Of a stretch of DNA of 64,000 bases, positions 11,696 through 24,175 are shown piece by piece. How positions within the stretch are numbered: position 1 is the stretch's first letter; every line of letters begins with the position of its first letter. The notes under the pieces were generated by a model. It saw only the letters and a program-made list of their open reading frames with translations. It was not told the DNA's origin and made no database searches. Source of the stretch: Klebsormidium nitens (Eukaryota > Plantae > Klebsormidiophyceae); NCBI GenBank assembly GCA_000708835.1, contig DF237120.1, positions 62,001-126,000 of the forward strand, given 5' to 3'. A program made the translations under genes and the position numbers.

Positions 11696-13264
11696 TTAAG
11701 CAAGGGCAATGTCATGTTCTTTGCTCTCGAGATCCTCAACGCTTTGACGTTCCCAATCCACATGTCTATCAAGAGCAACACTTGCGTAGATTGGAAGGAA
11801 GCACAAGCAAAACATCACTCCCACCAGTTGTGTGCCAATCACTTGTATCGGCTCAGATCCCAGGCCAACGTTACTGATATCATGAATGCTTATCTCAAGC
11901 AAGAATGCTACCAACCCCATGGCAACGAAGCCCAACGGCGGGCCAGGGTTTCCAGGCTTTCTAAACCCAATAGCTTTCACTACGCCCCAACCGCCCCAGA
12001 GGGTTAAGAAGACCCCGACGAATAAGTTCGTCCAAGCATGATAGCTGACGAGCCATCCCGCGACGATTGGCTGTATATATCGCCCTGTGCCTAACGTATG
12101 TTGGAGAATGGAGCCCATGACGATCTCGCAAGCACCCACAAGGAGGACAAGTAGACTGCAGACGACGGAAGAGGGTGGTTAACAACTGGAACCGTGTGGT
12201 TGACCCCTCAAGGGGCACTCCGCACGACTGAGCTCCACAATGACCCTCATCATGGTGGTACTGACAATCTTAGTAATGCAAACAGCTCCTTTAAGTGAAG
12301 ACAGCCAAACAGGTAGGGTCAAAGCGATCTCACTTGTCCTGATTACCTATAAGCATCATCAACCGTTGATTCACCAAGATACACGTCTGAGGGCAAATCT
12401 GGGCAAAGATGGTACAGAATTCTCGAGAGTAACGTTCCGAAGCGCATCACACTTGAACGCTCTTTATGAGACAAGCAAGCCAGAACTCTCGAGATTGGTG
12501 TTAGGAAACAGTCCAAGTATAGTTGGTCCAGAGAACCAGTTTTTTTTTCAGACGCCCACCGTTAGCTTTATAGGCACGGAGGCAGCAAGTATGAGGGCCA
12601 TTTCAAAGACTTTGACCACCCACTTCTGTATGACGCAGGTTTTTCTCGTGCGACGCAACCTGATTGACAGCAAGCCTTAGTGTCGGAAATAGAATCTTGG
12701 TGCTGACCTGTAGAAGCCCAAGCGTCCCCGGAGCGCACCACCCTTTTCCTTTGCTCTCCCAGTCTGCAGCTTATACAGCTGCAGAGCAAAGAGGAATGAA
12801 CCCCCCTGCTGCGCTGTGCAATAAGCGGCACCACTGATCACAGACATTGCATCTAACGTATTGGACTGGGTGCCTGACAAGCCTGCTCGGCTCTGGCCGT
12901 AGGAGCCCTCGTCGGCAAAGAACAGCTCAATGATGAGAGTATACCAACCCAGAGTTTGGACAACCAACAGAACAAGAGTCGCTTTGGGGTGTCCGACATC
13001 AAAGAGGAGAATAGAGAGCGATATAGCCAGGCCGCCAAGGCCCATAAGCAGGAGGATCAACCAGGCGAGGATCTCCAGAAACGGAATGAAGTCTTTGTAG
13101 TTGCTGAACCACTTGCCAGAGGGAGTGCTCGCGACCGAGTTGACCCGGGTGGTACCCTCAATGAGCAACGAGAATGAGAGGATGCTCAAAAGGGCACAAG
13201 TCCGGAGGACGTGCTTCGCTGGAGCCCTGGATTTTGCCGCCTCTGCGGAGCTTGAGGTGTCCAT
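11696..13264 (-). CDS. Orphan multi-pass membrane protein (~412 aa, 5 exons)
   Basis: Exons 13264-12708, 12659-12560, 12398-12347, 12288-12219 and 12155-11696 have GT-AG introns of 48, 161, 58 and 63 nt, consistent phases and a total of 1239 nt. There are many hydrophobic segments (LAWLILLLMGLGGLAISLSILLF; LFVGVFLTLWGGWGVV; VMFCLCFLPIY). The exon 4 donor and the true start are the weakest points. No family recognised. Confidence 0.55.
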
Positions 13265-14290
13265 CCTTTGTTCAGGCGAGGATGCTCAAGGACAACAGAT
13301 GGTTCCAGTGTCAGGCAGCTCACCAGAACAAAGCCCACGACTAAGTCGTGCTCATTCGATATCAATGCAGTTGTGAAAGCTTGGGAGAGGGATCTTCCGA
13401 TTGAGATGAGCTGCAACTGTTGACTATACGACTTAATAAGTAGGTACATCAGCCTCAGGTTGTCAGGTGCTGCATCTCCTGCACCAAAAGAGTCTCCGCA
13501 CCTGTTAAACAAGGGGGCAATAGAAAAGTTCGTCACTGACCTGGACCAAGAGCTTGATGCCGCTTCCATATATTTTTTTCTGATTCTTGCCAGTCTAGCG
13601 AGCGTGGTAGGCTGCCCGGATCTCCTGCAAGGAATGTTGGAAAGGGAGGGGGAACCCGCGCAGTGAAAGTCAGCTGAACAGAGAAAGCGCATACGAAACT
13701 TCAAAGCTTGTTTGAACTGTGAAGTGAGTCGCTTTCAATTTTGAATTTGAGTTGCCAACGTGGGGCCACCTGGCCCCTTTCAACCATCGTACGGTTGTGG
13801 AGCCGGAATCTGATAACGTCATTACATAACCCGACCGGGTTTCAGCGGGGCCGCCCCGCATTTTCGGTATAGCGGTTTCAGTACCGTAAGAAGGGAAGGG
13901 AGCCTGGCAAATCTGCTGGGCGGCTCGCTTGATAGGGACTGGTTAGAGGCTAACTAAAATTCACGGATGTGCATGCAGGACCAGTAAGAAAATGAACCGG
14001 GCGCAGATCGAGATGAGCCGGTGCCGGAGGCACACTACCGAGTGGGAAAACCACATCTAGTTATACGGTACTATACGGTATTAGAGTCATAAAGTCGACT
14101 GGGCAATGAAGCTCTCAAGATAACCCTAGCCCGGGTTGCCGCACCCCGGCTGGTCCGCAGGCGGCCGGTCCATGCAATGCAGGGCCCGCCGGGGACTCCT
14201 TTGCGAAGAGGAAACAGATCATCGGAAGAATCTTTTCTTGCAAGAAGTGCGCAGAGCAAAAAGTTCAAAAAGTTGCCCTCTCTGTGTCAG

Positions 14291-17200
14291 GCTGGCCGCT
14301 GGACGTGTCAGATCAGAGGCTGATCAAGAGCTTCAGGCGCATTGGTGCGTCTTCCAAATTATGCAGGGAATGGAGATGCTTCTCCTCCATTCTCTTCTTC
14401 CCATCCGTGATCAAACCGATTGTTCGATTAGCTAGGCCCCTCCATTTGGGAGATGGATGGAGGTGGTGGCTTTTGGGACTGGAGCGAGGAGCTGAGATTC
14501 TTGCAGCACGCAGAGGGTGCGACGCAGGTTCTGCTCGATGAGAGATCCGAATCTGCTCAGAATGCAGCTTCTGTCAGCATCCAGATTGATCAATTTGAGG
14601 TGGAGAATCCTCTTCTCATAGATCTGACTTCTGATCACAGCTATTGGGAACCTAGTGATGGCCACACAACTTCTGAGCAGTGGGGGGTTCTAGCACCAGT
14701 GCATTTTGGACAATGGAATGCCTCTGATCCTGTCAATCGCGGCTCGACAGATGAGGCATGCGGCCTCAGTTTAGAAATAATCTCAACCTGTGTGCTGGGA
14801 GAGCTGGATAGGGACTCTGCCCCGGATCGGCATCGCATAGTGGCACACTCTGTAGCTACAGTCGGGGGGGCTGGCCAAGAGACAGCTCACGGCGGCGCGG
14901 TATATGAGGGGGAGTCTCCCTGTCCACCAGAAGGTTCAGGGACAGACTCCTCAGAGCCAATTGAAATAATCGACAGTCCTCCCCAGGATGTCACGGTCAG
15001 TCAGGAGGATGGGGGCTGCGGGAATGCATCGGTATGTGTAGCGGACAACGAATGCGCGGGTGATTGGGTATGCGCAGATGAGAGGGTATGGGAGGGAAGC
15101 ACTGATCAAGAAGCAGAAGCACATAGTCCCAATCTCTCACCCAGGGATGGAACTAGAGTCAGGCTGCAGTTCGATTTTCTGGAAGCCGAAGGCTGCAAGA
15201 ACAGTGTCAGCGAGGATGACGCCAGACCAGCTGCAGAGTGTAGAGGATCCATTGATGCAACTAGAGGCAGGATCTTTGTACTTCCCTTCCCCCTCACCAT
15301 CCCATTCTTGCCCCTCCGCGCAGTAGGACTGCTCGCGCATCCCCTGAGGCATGTCCCTAAAATAGCGTTCATTCTGCTAACATCAGTGCCCACACCGAGA
15401 CCGCAGCAACTAGAACCAAGGGAGATTCCAGGCGTGCTTCCCGCAACGTACAGGCGCAGGAAACGCAGTAGGCGGGGAGCAGGAAGGGGACACTTTACCA
15501 GGAAGCACTTCCTGCTAGACCTAACCGCTCCAGACTGGTTGCAGGATAACGAGGTTTTCAGTCAGAGTGAACACCCCTCTCCCAGATCCTCCTCGACAGA
15601 ATGTGCAGAACAGATGTCTTCAGAAAGCTCACTGAGCAGTAGTCAGGCGCAAGAGCATTGCGAGCAACTCAATGGGGCAGGTGGATTCGGAGAGTCGAGA
15701 GCTGATGATGCACTTGGTGGCGACCCTGTGACGTCAGCGCACGGGCTGCTCGTGTCAGCGAACACGTCAGCAGATCCCGGCCTTAGCCCCCGGCAAAAGA
15801 GAGAGAGATCAAGACCCTCGCAGTTGGACATCAACGAAGCGAGCCCCCTAACAAATGTACATAGTCGGCGGTGGGAGACGGATAGCTTCTCACTGGAGTA
15901 CAGCCCCTCAAGTCTGTCGCTTGATGGGGGCTTCCGATACAGGAGCGTGGACGGGGGTGCTGAGGTCAGCCCGATGTCATCCCGGTCAAGTAGTTCGTCG
16001 GACCTGGGCGAGCCGGGAATGCATAGCGACACCGGATCGAGCACGGACGAGAATGACAGGTAGGCCATAGTGTTTGATGAAGAACTTGAAAATCCTCAAA
16101 TGCATTTGATTGTTTCAGCTTCAAGAAGAGAACCCTACTTGCGTCCCTTTTGTTTCATGATCTTGTCCTCGAAAATCATCCAAATAACTCTCAACTGTTG
16201 AAACAAGCTGATAAAGATTAGGTGAAGCAAGACTCCGGAGATAGAGAGTGGAGGAAAAAGGGGTTGTGCAAGTTTCTCTCTGCCTGTTAGGAGCTCGGAC
16301 TTTTCCTGCTTTTCTTGCAAGTTTTCGGCATTCGCCGACCTGTGTATGCCCTCCGCCTTTTGCTGAGTATCAATGTCACGTTTTCTTGCCGCCCACCTTT
16401 TGAGCAACCTGCATACGATGCACCAACCGTTGAAAGAGCATTTCTTCTCTGCAGCCATCTGTACCTCCCCACCAATTATCTCCTCCTTACTCCCCCCCCA
16501 AACTTGGCTGCGGCCGAGCCCCCCGTCAAACCATTGTCGGAGATGTCCAGGCGGTTTGTGTTGCCCCCCGGCGTCATGGATCCAGCAGAGATGGAAGACC
16601 TCGAACAGCAGTGGGCCGATCAACTTCGAGCAGTGAGCGTCCTCACAAAAACTTGCTCATCGATTCAAGATTGGACGTCTTGCTTTTTGCTGGGTGATAG
16701 GGACTTCTTTGGATGAAATACTTACAGGCTGAATTTGCCTTGAAGTCAGCTTCAAAAAAAATGAAACGTTAGCCATCATGCATGATTGTGTAACACTAGA
16801 ATTGGCGCCCTGTGATGCTTCAAGAATCTCAGTAAGAAGCAATGTGGCCATTCAAACTTGTCGGAAGAATTATTTCCTGCGGCAGCATAGCCTTTTTCAG
16901 GACTTAATGACTTGTTTGCGGGGAGTCCAGCAGAATAATGTCTTTCTCCTCCAAGTTCTTCCCAAAAATAACTCGCTCCAGCCTCCTCTTGGCAACATGG
17001 TCGGTCACAGTTGCATCCACCCATTGCCGCCGCTATCGGTCACACAAATATCAACACCATTAGTTATCGCAATCTTGACATCATCGCTGACATCAGTGCT
17101 GACGTCATCCCTGTGCAGCGGCGGGCGGAGCACGGGGACCAGCACTACATGAGCGCCGCCGAGCTAATGTCCCCCCCCTGGAGCGACCTGGTGTTTTGGC

Positions 17201-20200
17201 ATGGTTCCGACAAGAAGGGCCAACCTGTACTGTACTGCAAGCTGGGCCTGGCGGTCCGCACTCTGCCCCGCCACATGCAGGATCGAATGGGCTGCGCGCT
17301 TTGTAAGTCATTGCCGCTCTCTCGCCGTTCCTTTCGATGTTGTCTCTGCAAACGTCTGTTGTGCTAACTCTCTAGGCGATCTGGTGTTCCGGCCTGCAAA
17401 AGTCTGCATTCTGAGGCGTGACCAAGCCACGTTCTTTGCTGCTCTCTGGGACGCTTTACTGCCAGATTCTTTTTTCTCGAACACTTGACTGCCAGATTGT
17501 ATCGCACCGTTTGGGCCCGAGTGCCTACTTTTAATCTCATCAACGCCTCATTTGGGCTCTGTGCTACTCGTCTTAGTCTCTGATTCAAGGCGCTTCCTCC
17601 TTCCTTCTTTTGCGCCGCTCGTCCAATCTCAGTTTTTGGCTGGTCCCTGTCACCAATTTGATTCCCACTACAGAGTATGCTTACGTTACTCCATAAACTT
17701 GTTCCCTGTCCGGCGGCTGCAAGGCTTGCAACATGTTGATGCCACAGTGTTCATGGACCACTCAACGTCGGACTCATTGCCGCATCTTCTCTACTCCGCG
17801 GCCTTCCGACCAAGGCAAGCTCACCCGCTTTCAAGGACTGACAAGCTGACACGTGTCACTTGCAGATTCGATGGTCGAGCTTGCGAAGACAGCCCATTGC
17901 GGCCCCATCATTCTCACACGCTCTGACAAGGCCTCTGCTGTAAGAGTCTGACATGCCGACACGAGTCTTCGCAGGTTCGATGGTCCAGCTAGCAGATGTC
18001 TTCTTGCAACAACAAGCCGCTGCACCGCTATTCCGAATTTTCTTTCTCAACGACTGAGGTGCTGACATGTGTCACTTGCAGATTCGATGGTCGAGCTGGC
18101 GGAGAACAGTCTCTGGCGGCCCGAGTGCGGGTGGGGCTTCCAGCGGATGACAGTGGTCGTTGATGCGGAGGGGCTCGGCATAACTAGGATGGCCCCAGTG
18201 GAGGCGCTCAAGCACGGGTTCAAGCTCATCCACCGGGACTACCCAGGTCAGCATGACGTCAGCAGTCCGGCCACAAGAATGAGTAGCAATTGCTGTGGTT
18301 TGTCCTTTGCTTGTTTGCAGAATCAGAACTGCCCAAATGGAAGCGCTCAAGCACGGGTTCAAGCTGATCCACCGGGACTACCCAGGTTGGCATGACGTCA
18401 GCAGTCTGGTCGCAGTTTCGGAGGAGCTGAATCGTTGTTTGTCTTCTACTTTTGAGAGCCTGAATGCGTGTTCTACTGGTTGTCAAGAGCCGTCACCTTC
18501 ACAACGGCAGAGGTTCGAAACAGACGTAGTAACAAACAATGGCCAGCCTGTAATCTGAGAGCCCAACCAGCTACATCTCGAAGCAAGGACGGAAACATGG
18601 GGACGGTTGAATCTCTTTTCCAATTCCGTTTTTTGCGGAGGGTTTTGCGTGGCTCCAATAGCAGTTTGATGGCTCGATCCCTGGTACCGTGGTTTCGGTC
18701 GATGGTCGGGTATACTAAATGCAGCAAACAGTATGACCAGTGCATCCGTTCTAGACCGTCGAACGGATTTAGAACAGGATCTCGATATCGTCGCTGAACA
18801 GATTCTGTCAAATCGAGTACTAAAAGTGACTTCCCAGCGACTTCAAGCGGACCTTGGGATCTCAACTAGCCTGAGGGAAGATGATTCAATGCGGTATGCA
18901 TCCTTTATCCTGCGTAACAAACCGGGCGTTGGACTGTGCAAGCCAGTGTTGTAACGAGGCTTTCAGCAAGGTCGAAAATGACGTTAGCCAGCCCGTTGCC
19001 TGCATGAAAATGGCGATTAAATCGGGGCAGTCGACGAGAAAGGGTCCCTTGCTGCGAAGTAAAGACACTGATCTGGCGGTCGGTTTCTAAATGCAGCGCG
19101 TCAAGGGTACACATACATCATCAACGTGCCTCCGCTCTTGAGCATGATGATTGGCGTGTTCAAGCGGGTGATTGGGTACGACGAGAAGGAAGGTGCGTTT
19201 GTGTCGTTCTCAACATCTTTTCCCCTCTGCCTGTTCAATTTTCCGGGAAATCATTTACTCGGATGATGTGCTCTCCGAAGGAGAGACGGAGGAGAGAGGG
19301 GCGCGGTTGAACCCTTGATTTCTCGAATGTTTTCGTCAGCCTTGTGTCTCGTAAACCCATCTCAATGAAGGACACGGATACGGGCTACTATTTTAAGAAT
19401 TCTGAGCCATTCTTTGAGGCTCCACCCCTGAGCCTTGATCAGACGATCCTTTGTTACCTTCTACTCCCGTTCGGTTATGCTCAATGCCTTTATGTGTTCA
19501 GGTTTGTCATAGCTCCACTTTGTCGTCTCTCTTCCCCCGTTCGCTACCTACCTTTTTATTGTCTTGCCGCTTTCGAAATTTTCCTGACGAACATCAGAAC
19601 GACCACATCCTGCACCGGCTGCACTTAAGTTGCCTGTTTTGTTGACATTGAGGGCTTCCTTCCGGTGTCAAAATTTCCCGACGAATGCGGAGAGCGGAAT
19701 CCATCAATGGATCTCTTGCCCGTAACACTTTCCGAACACTCTGCTTCGAGTCTGGTCCTTCCATTCTGAAAGTCGTAGAGGAAGACCCATCTTAGCCGCT
19801 CGATTCTCAGCGGACCGTCGTGAAAGTATCTATTTATGCTTTAGTAACGTGCCTTTTCGTTCAGCTTCTCGGTCCCCCTGCTTGCCCCACTTTCGCGAAT
19901 TGCAGTTTTCTTCTCTTTGACGGCCTCGCCAAGTCTGGATGCTGTCGAGGTTCGGTGCATGACTCGGAAGGCAGCGGTGCAATGCTACCTCAGCATTATC
20001 ATGCAATTGACAGCTGTGCATTTGAGGTCAACACGCGGCGAAAGAAACAGAGGGATGGAGCTGGAAAACCGACCGTAAAAGCAGAGTCACCGTTCATGAA
20101 GAAGACTTTATTCATTACTTTCTTCCGCTCACTTGCCAGAAACACGATATGTTTAAATGCCCACACCGGAAATTCGGAACAGGATTCCCTAGAAGCAATG

Positions 20201-21463
20201 GTAAAGTGGTGTTTGAAACGGGTTTTTCTGTTGTGCAGCAAACGAACGGCTGGGGGTGTATGGGCGGAACTACCGGTCACATCTACAGGTCAGTCATTTT
20301 TCTTCGGCCGTTAGAAGTCAGATCTTGGTCTCCGCTTTCCCAACGAACCCCCAGTCCGAAAGATATTGAAACTAGGCGTTCATTCGGCCGCCTGGCTTAA
20401 GATTCCTTCGTATTTGATAGGAGATCCCCCTGTGGTTCTCATCAGAAGTTTTGAAATTTGGCCGCCGAAACACTCCTTTCCTGGTACTCAGCAGGATAGT
20501 GTAATTCTGTTTTCGTCCGACCATCGACCTACCAGACAGGGATGTGGGCCAGAAACCGGGAGTCAGCTTTGACCCGCCTTATGTCTCTTCTTTCCGCATT
20601 CGGCCTTTTCTGTCTATCGTAAACGAGGCGGTGTCAGCAGATAAAAATACACAGCGCCTACGCAACCCTTGGTACTTTGTAAGCTGAGCACGATTCTGTC
20701 AGTCACGATTTCTTGATTGGACAACGGAGCTGGGTTAAGTTTGAATCTGTGGGCGACGTTCAGATTTGTGCGGAACTCAGAGCAGAGGAACACTCAATGT
20801 GGCCGTATCAGCAAGCTACCTAGGTCCGACTAACAACATCCTCCGAGATTTTGACTGTTCGTGAATGCTTCCTGAGAGCTTCACTCCAGCTTTGAATAGT
20901 GTCTCGGCTACGGAACAAATTACTACGTGCAGTACGGCACACAGCCTACAACACCAGAGAATGCAACCTGGAAACCTTGTTTGCCGTCTGATCAGATCTG
21001 CTGCATCTTCTGATAGATGGTAGCATGCTTCCAACTATTCAAACGTTGAAGGAAGTGCGTCACAGACGCCGAACCCTGTCGGCGCTTGAGAAGTGAAAAC
21101 GGGTCGCTTCAGATTGTTATGCAACGTCTCTATGTCCGAGCAGCAGGAGAACGCGGGCTGTCAAGCGTGCTTATCAACCTCCAGCGACGTATTTCGCTCT
21201 CCAGAATCGCCGGCCGGATGTCAACAACATGTTAATCACGCTGAATTTTGAATTCAGCAGATTCCTATCCTCTGCAGAAGGATTTCGAGCCCGACATGCT
21301 CCACGTCGACTATGGAGGCTCGTGCCCATGCTGTAGCGCTGGGGACGACAAGGAGCTCGTCACCGCCGCTGATTCGTGCCCGGCAAACGCAGGCGCGGCG
21401 CTGAAGAGGCGAGGCCGCCCGGAGGACTGGGTGCTCGACTTTGTTCCATCCCATCAGCGGTAG
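14291..21463 (+). CDS. CRAL-TRIO (Sec14-like) domain protein with a long acidic/Ser-rich N-terminal region; 5' end unresolved
   Basis: Phase-consistent exons: 14291-14344, 14514-16059, 16455-16632, 17119-17302, 18082-18246, 19097-19192, tentatively 20641-20678, and 21278-21463. Motifs fit CRAL-TRIO: 'WHGSDKKGQPVLYCKLG', 'MTVVVDAEGLG', 'LIHRDYPARQGYTYIINVP' and 'FEPDMLHVDYGG'. The start codon and the 20641 exon are uncertain. Confidence 0.72.
17854..18410 (+). repeat. Decayed junction duplicates on both sides of CRAL-TRIO exon 18082-18246
   Basis: Acceptor copies are 'tgtcacttgcag|attcgatggtcgagct' (AG ends 17865) and 'gcag|gttcgatggtccagct' (17974), against the real site at 18081. The donor copy 'aagcacgggttcaagctgatccaccgggactacccag|gt..catgacgtcagcagtc' ends at 18385, against the real 18246 (139 bp). 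Confidence 0.85.
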
Positions 21464-22449
21464 GATGTCTGCGGATCGAGCCCAGTTTCAGCTGCTGAGA
21501 ACACAGTGTCTTGATGCGATGATTAGAAGAGGGCCACATGCAAAAGGCCGGAAAACATGTGCCAAGTCGAACATTAATCCTGCGCAAATCTGGAACATGT
21601 AGAAGGTTGCAAGGATTCCGCGTAAGGCCGTCCAATGCAAAACTCTCCTCTTGTGGCCACGCTCCAACCGATCATGCTGTTTTACTAGTCCATGCTCGGA
21701 CTCATGCCCACTACCTAGCTGTCATGTTGCAATGACCACATGATTACACAATATGATCGCTGATTTGATCTGCTCCGCTAGCTACATGTACGGACCGTGA
21801 TTGGCATCTTATGTAGCGACGGCACAAAGCCCAAGACTCCAAAGGTCTGCCCTGTTCGATGGCTGGAAAATATTGAAACGAAAAAACTATGAAATTCAAT
21901 GATCCCTGTTAAGAGCTCAGCCAGGCATGGGACTCCGGGACCGCGGGCAGTGGGATAGGCGGTGCCGCTAGTGACCCTAGTAGATATTAAGCTCAGCCTC
22001 ATCTCTTTCAAGTTTGGGCTTGCTGGCATCCAAGTAAATCAATATGATGCACGCGTGCATGGCGGCTATATGTTCAGGTGACGTGCCGCGTGCCATGCCA
22101 GTTCAGTGCACGTGCATGACATGATACCGCTGAGAATACGGTATACGTGTGGCGAGTTGCCTTGCAGTCACCGTAAACCTAGCGCGTACGTACACAGCAG
22201 TTCTGCGTTGTCCTAATTCGGGACATACCAGTCAGGATACCACTATGAACATATGTTTACTAGTAGTCGGAACTTTAGGAGTCTGCAGGACCGGATGTAC
22301 TCGGGAGTTGGGGGAACTTGGCCGGCCAAGTTCCCCTAACTCCCGGGGCCTGCATTGTGAGCTCTTCTTGGTACTAAGTGGGCACTTCCGTGCAGCTTTA
22401 ATTATCTAGCTGTGTATTATGCTCGGTGTATAATGGAGTACTATCCCTC

Positions 22450-23790
22450 GATCGCGACGGCGCTTCCGAACACGCCGGCTCCGCATTTACGAGTCTCATC
22501 ATTTGCTTGCCACCGCATAAAATCCCGGCTAACGCGTGCGCCGACAGCCGGCATTAGCCTCAGGGCCTTCAATGCACGTTCACGTTGCTGCTTCTTACTG
22601 TCAGTGTTCACGGTGCTTGACAGTGCTTACATGAAGAAGACGTCGATTGCGCTGCTAGCTGATATTACTCCTGTCCTCTCAACATTCGTATAGCACCAAG
22701 ACCAGGGGCTTGTTGCCCCTGTCATCTCAGTTCCTAAGCAGTCTGAGCTGAGTCTGACCCTAAGCTTGACGTCCCGACTGCTGATTAGCAAGCGTACGGT
22801 AACAATAACAACAGCTTTGACCGCCCCACTCCATTTTCCAGAATCAGCATCAAAGGAGCACGCAAGAAGCTGGGGCTTCCTCAGAACCTTCAAACCCTCC
22901 ATGAACTGAAACCTCCCAGCATTTGTCCAACAACCGATCTGGTGAAGCAAGTACGACCCATACTTAAAAGGTGAGTGCCAGCCACACTTCTGGCATCTGT
23001 GCTTCCGAAGGTAAGCTTTGATTATTTGATTTCTCTCGCTGCCAGATAAATATATGGCTGGTCTGGTGACATCGCCCGGTGACTATGAGCATTTGCTCAG
23101 CAGAGCAGATGTCTGGCACTTGACTGCAGCATTCTGCCATGCTTGAGCTTAGACAGAATGCTAGCTCTTCTGTTCAAGGAGCATGTATTATACGCGATGT
23201 AAGCATGACGCTCACAAGAGCTGTCCTACTCACGTAGGTGGCTTACCCCTCCTTCATGTGCTACAGTCCATTGAAAGCTTCAGAGCTTCTTGGCTTATCA
23301 GCCGGCCTACAGGTGGACCATTCTAGCATTTCAAGGTGGGTGCAGCTTCCCTTGATTTTCAGTGAGCGAATGATCAACGGTGTTCAGCTCAGCCCACTAG
23401 GATCCGTGCTAGCAACCTACAAGTGAGAGTAATACCCTCTGCCTCTCTTCCAAGTCAAGATCTAGACCATATTCTTGGAAGCTGGAGGGGTCTCGGAGCT
23501 GATTTTACTCAGATTCCAGAAAATGATATGCAAAATGTTTCAGGAGCTGCAGAAGTGAGGGTGCGCTTTTTTTGGGAATATGGTTTGACCTAGGGTTTGG
23601 GAGCCCCCACCATTCTTGTTGTCAGCACCTTTTGAGGGTTCGGCAATGAGCCTCCCTCTAGGGTCAGTATGCGACTCAGTATTTGATTCTTAGCTTCCTC
23701 AGGGGGATAAGGAGCATTCACTTTCTTTGGGTCAATTATGCAGCATCTAATATTTTGCTGCTGATTGGTAGAGGGGAGTTCGGCCCCCAT
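22450..23790 (-). pseudogene. Possible decayed spliced gene, function unknown
   Basis: Protein-like minus-strand segments (23790-23630 'MGAELP...RILTLEGGSLPNPQK|gt'; 'LIIRSLKIKGSCTHLEMLEW'; ORF 22950-22627) have plausible splice sites. Joining them needs frameshifts or crosses stop codons. Confidence 0.25.
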
Positions 23791-24175
23791 ATCATTGGTC
23801 CTTTTGACATTACCCTATAACGTGCCCAGTCCCTAGCTTTGGTCAGGAAAGCCGGGCCAGTCACAGTTGGCAGAACGTATGGATGTGGTTCAGCTCATAG
23901 AGAGGTTGGAGCAGAAGCAATGCAACTGCCTGTCTACCTCCGGAGTGAGAGCTTGAAGAGAGTATATAAAGATAACTTGAGTAATGATTTGCTGCTCACA
24001 GACACGCCGCACAACAAGGCGCTGCTTGCCAGCTGAACAGTCACTTTCTCACTTTCCGAAATGCTGTTTTGAATCTCATGAGGTCACCCAATTACCTCCC
24101 CTCGCATTCTGCTGCGGATCCTTACTATCTGTCAACTAACTCTTCTTCTTTCAAAACCCTCTGCAGATTCTAGAG

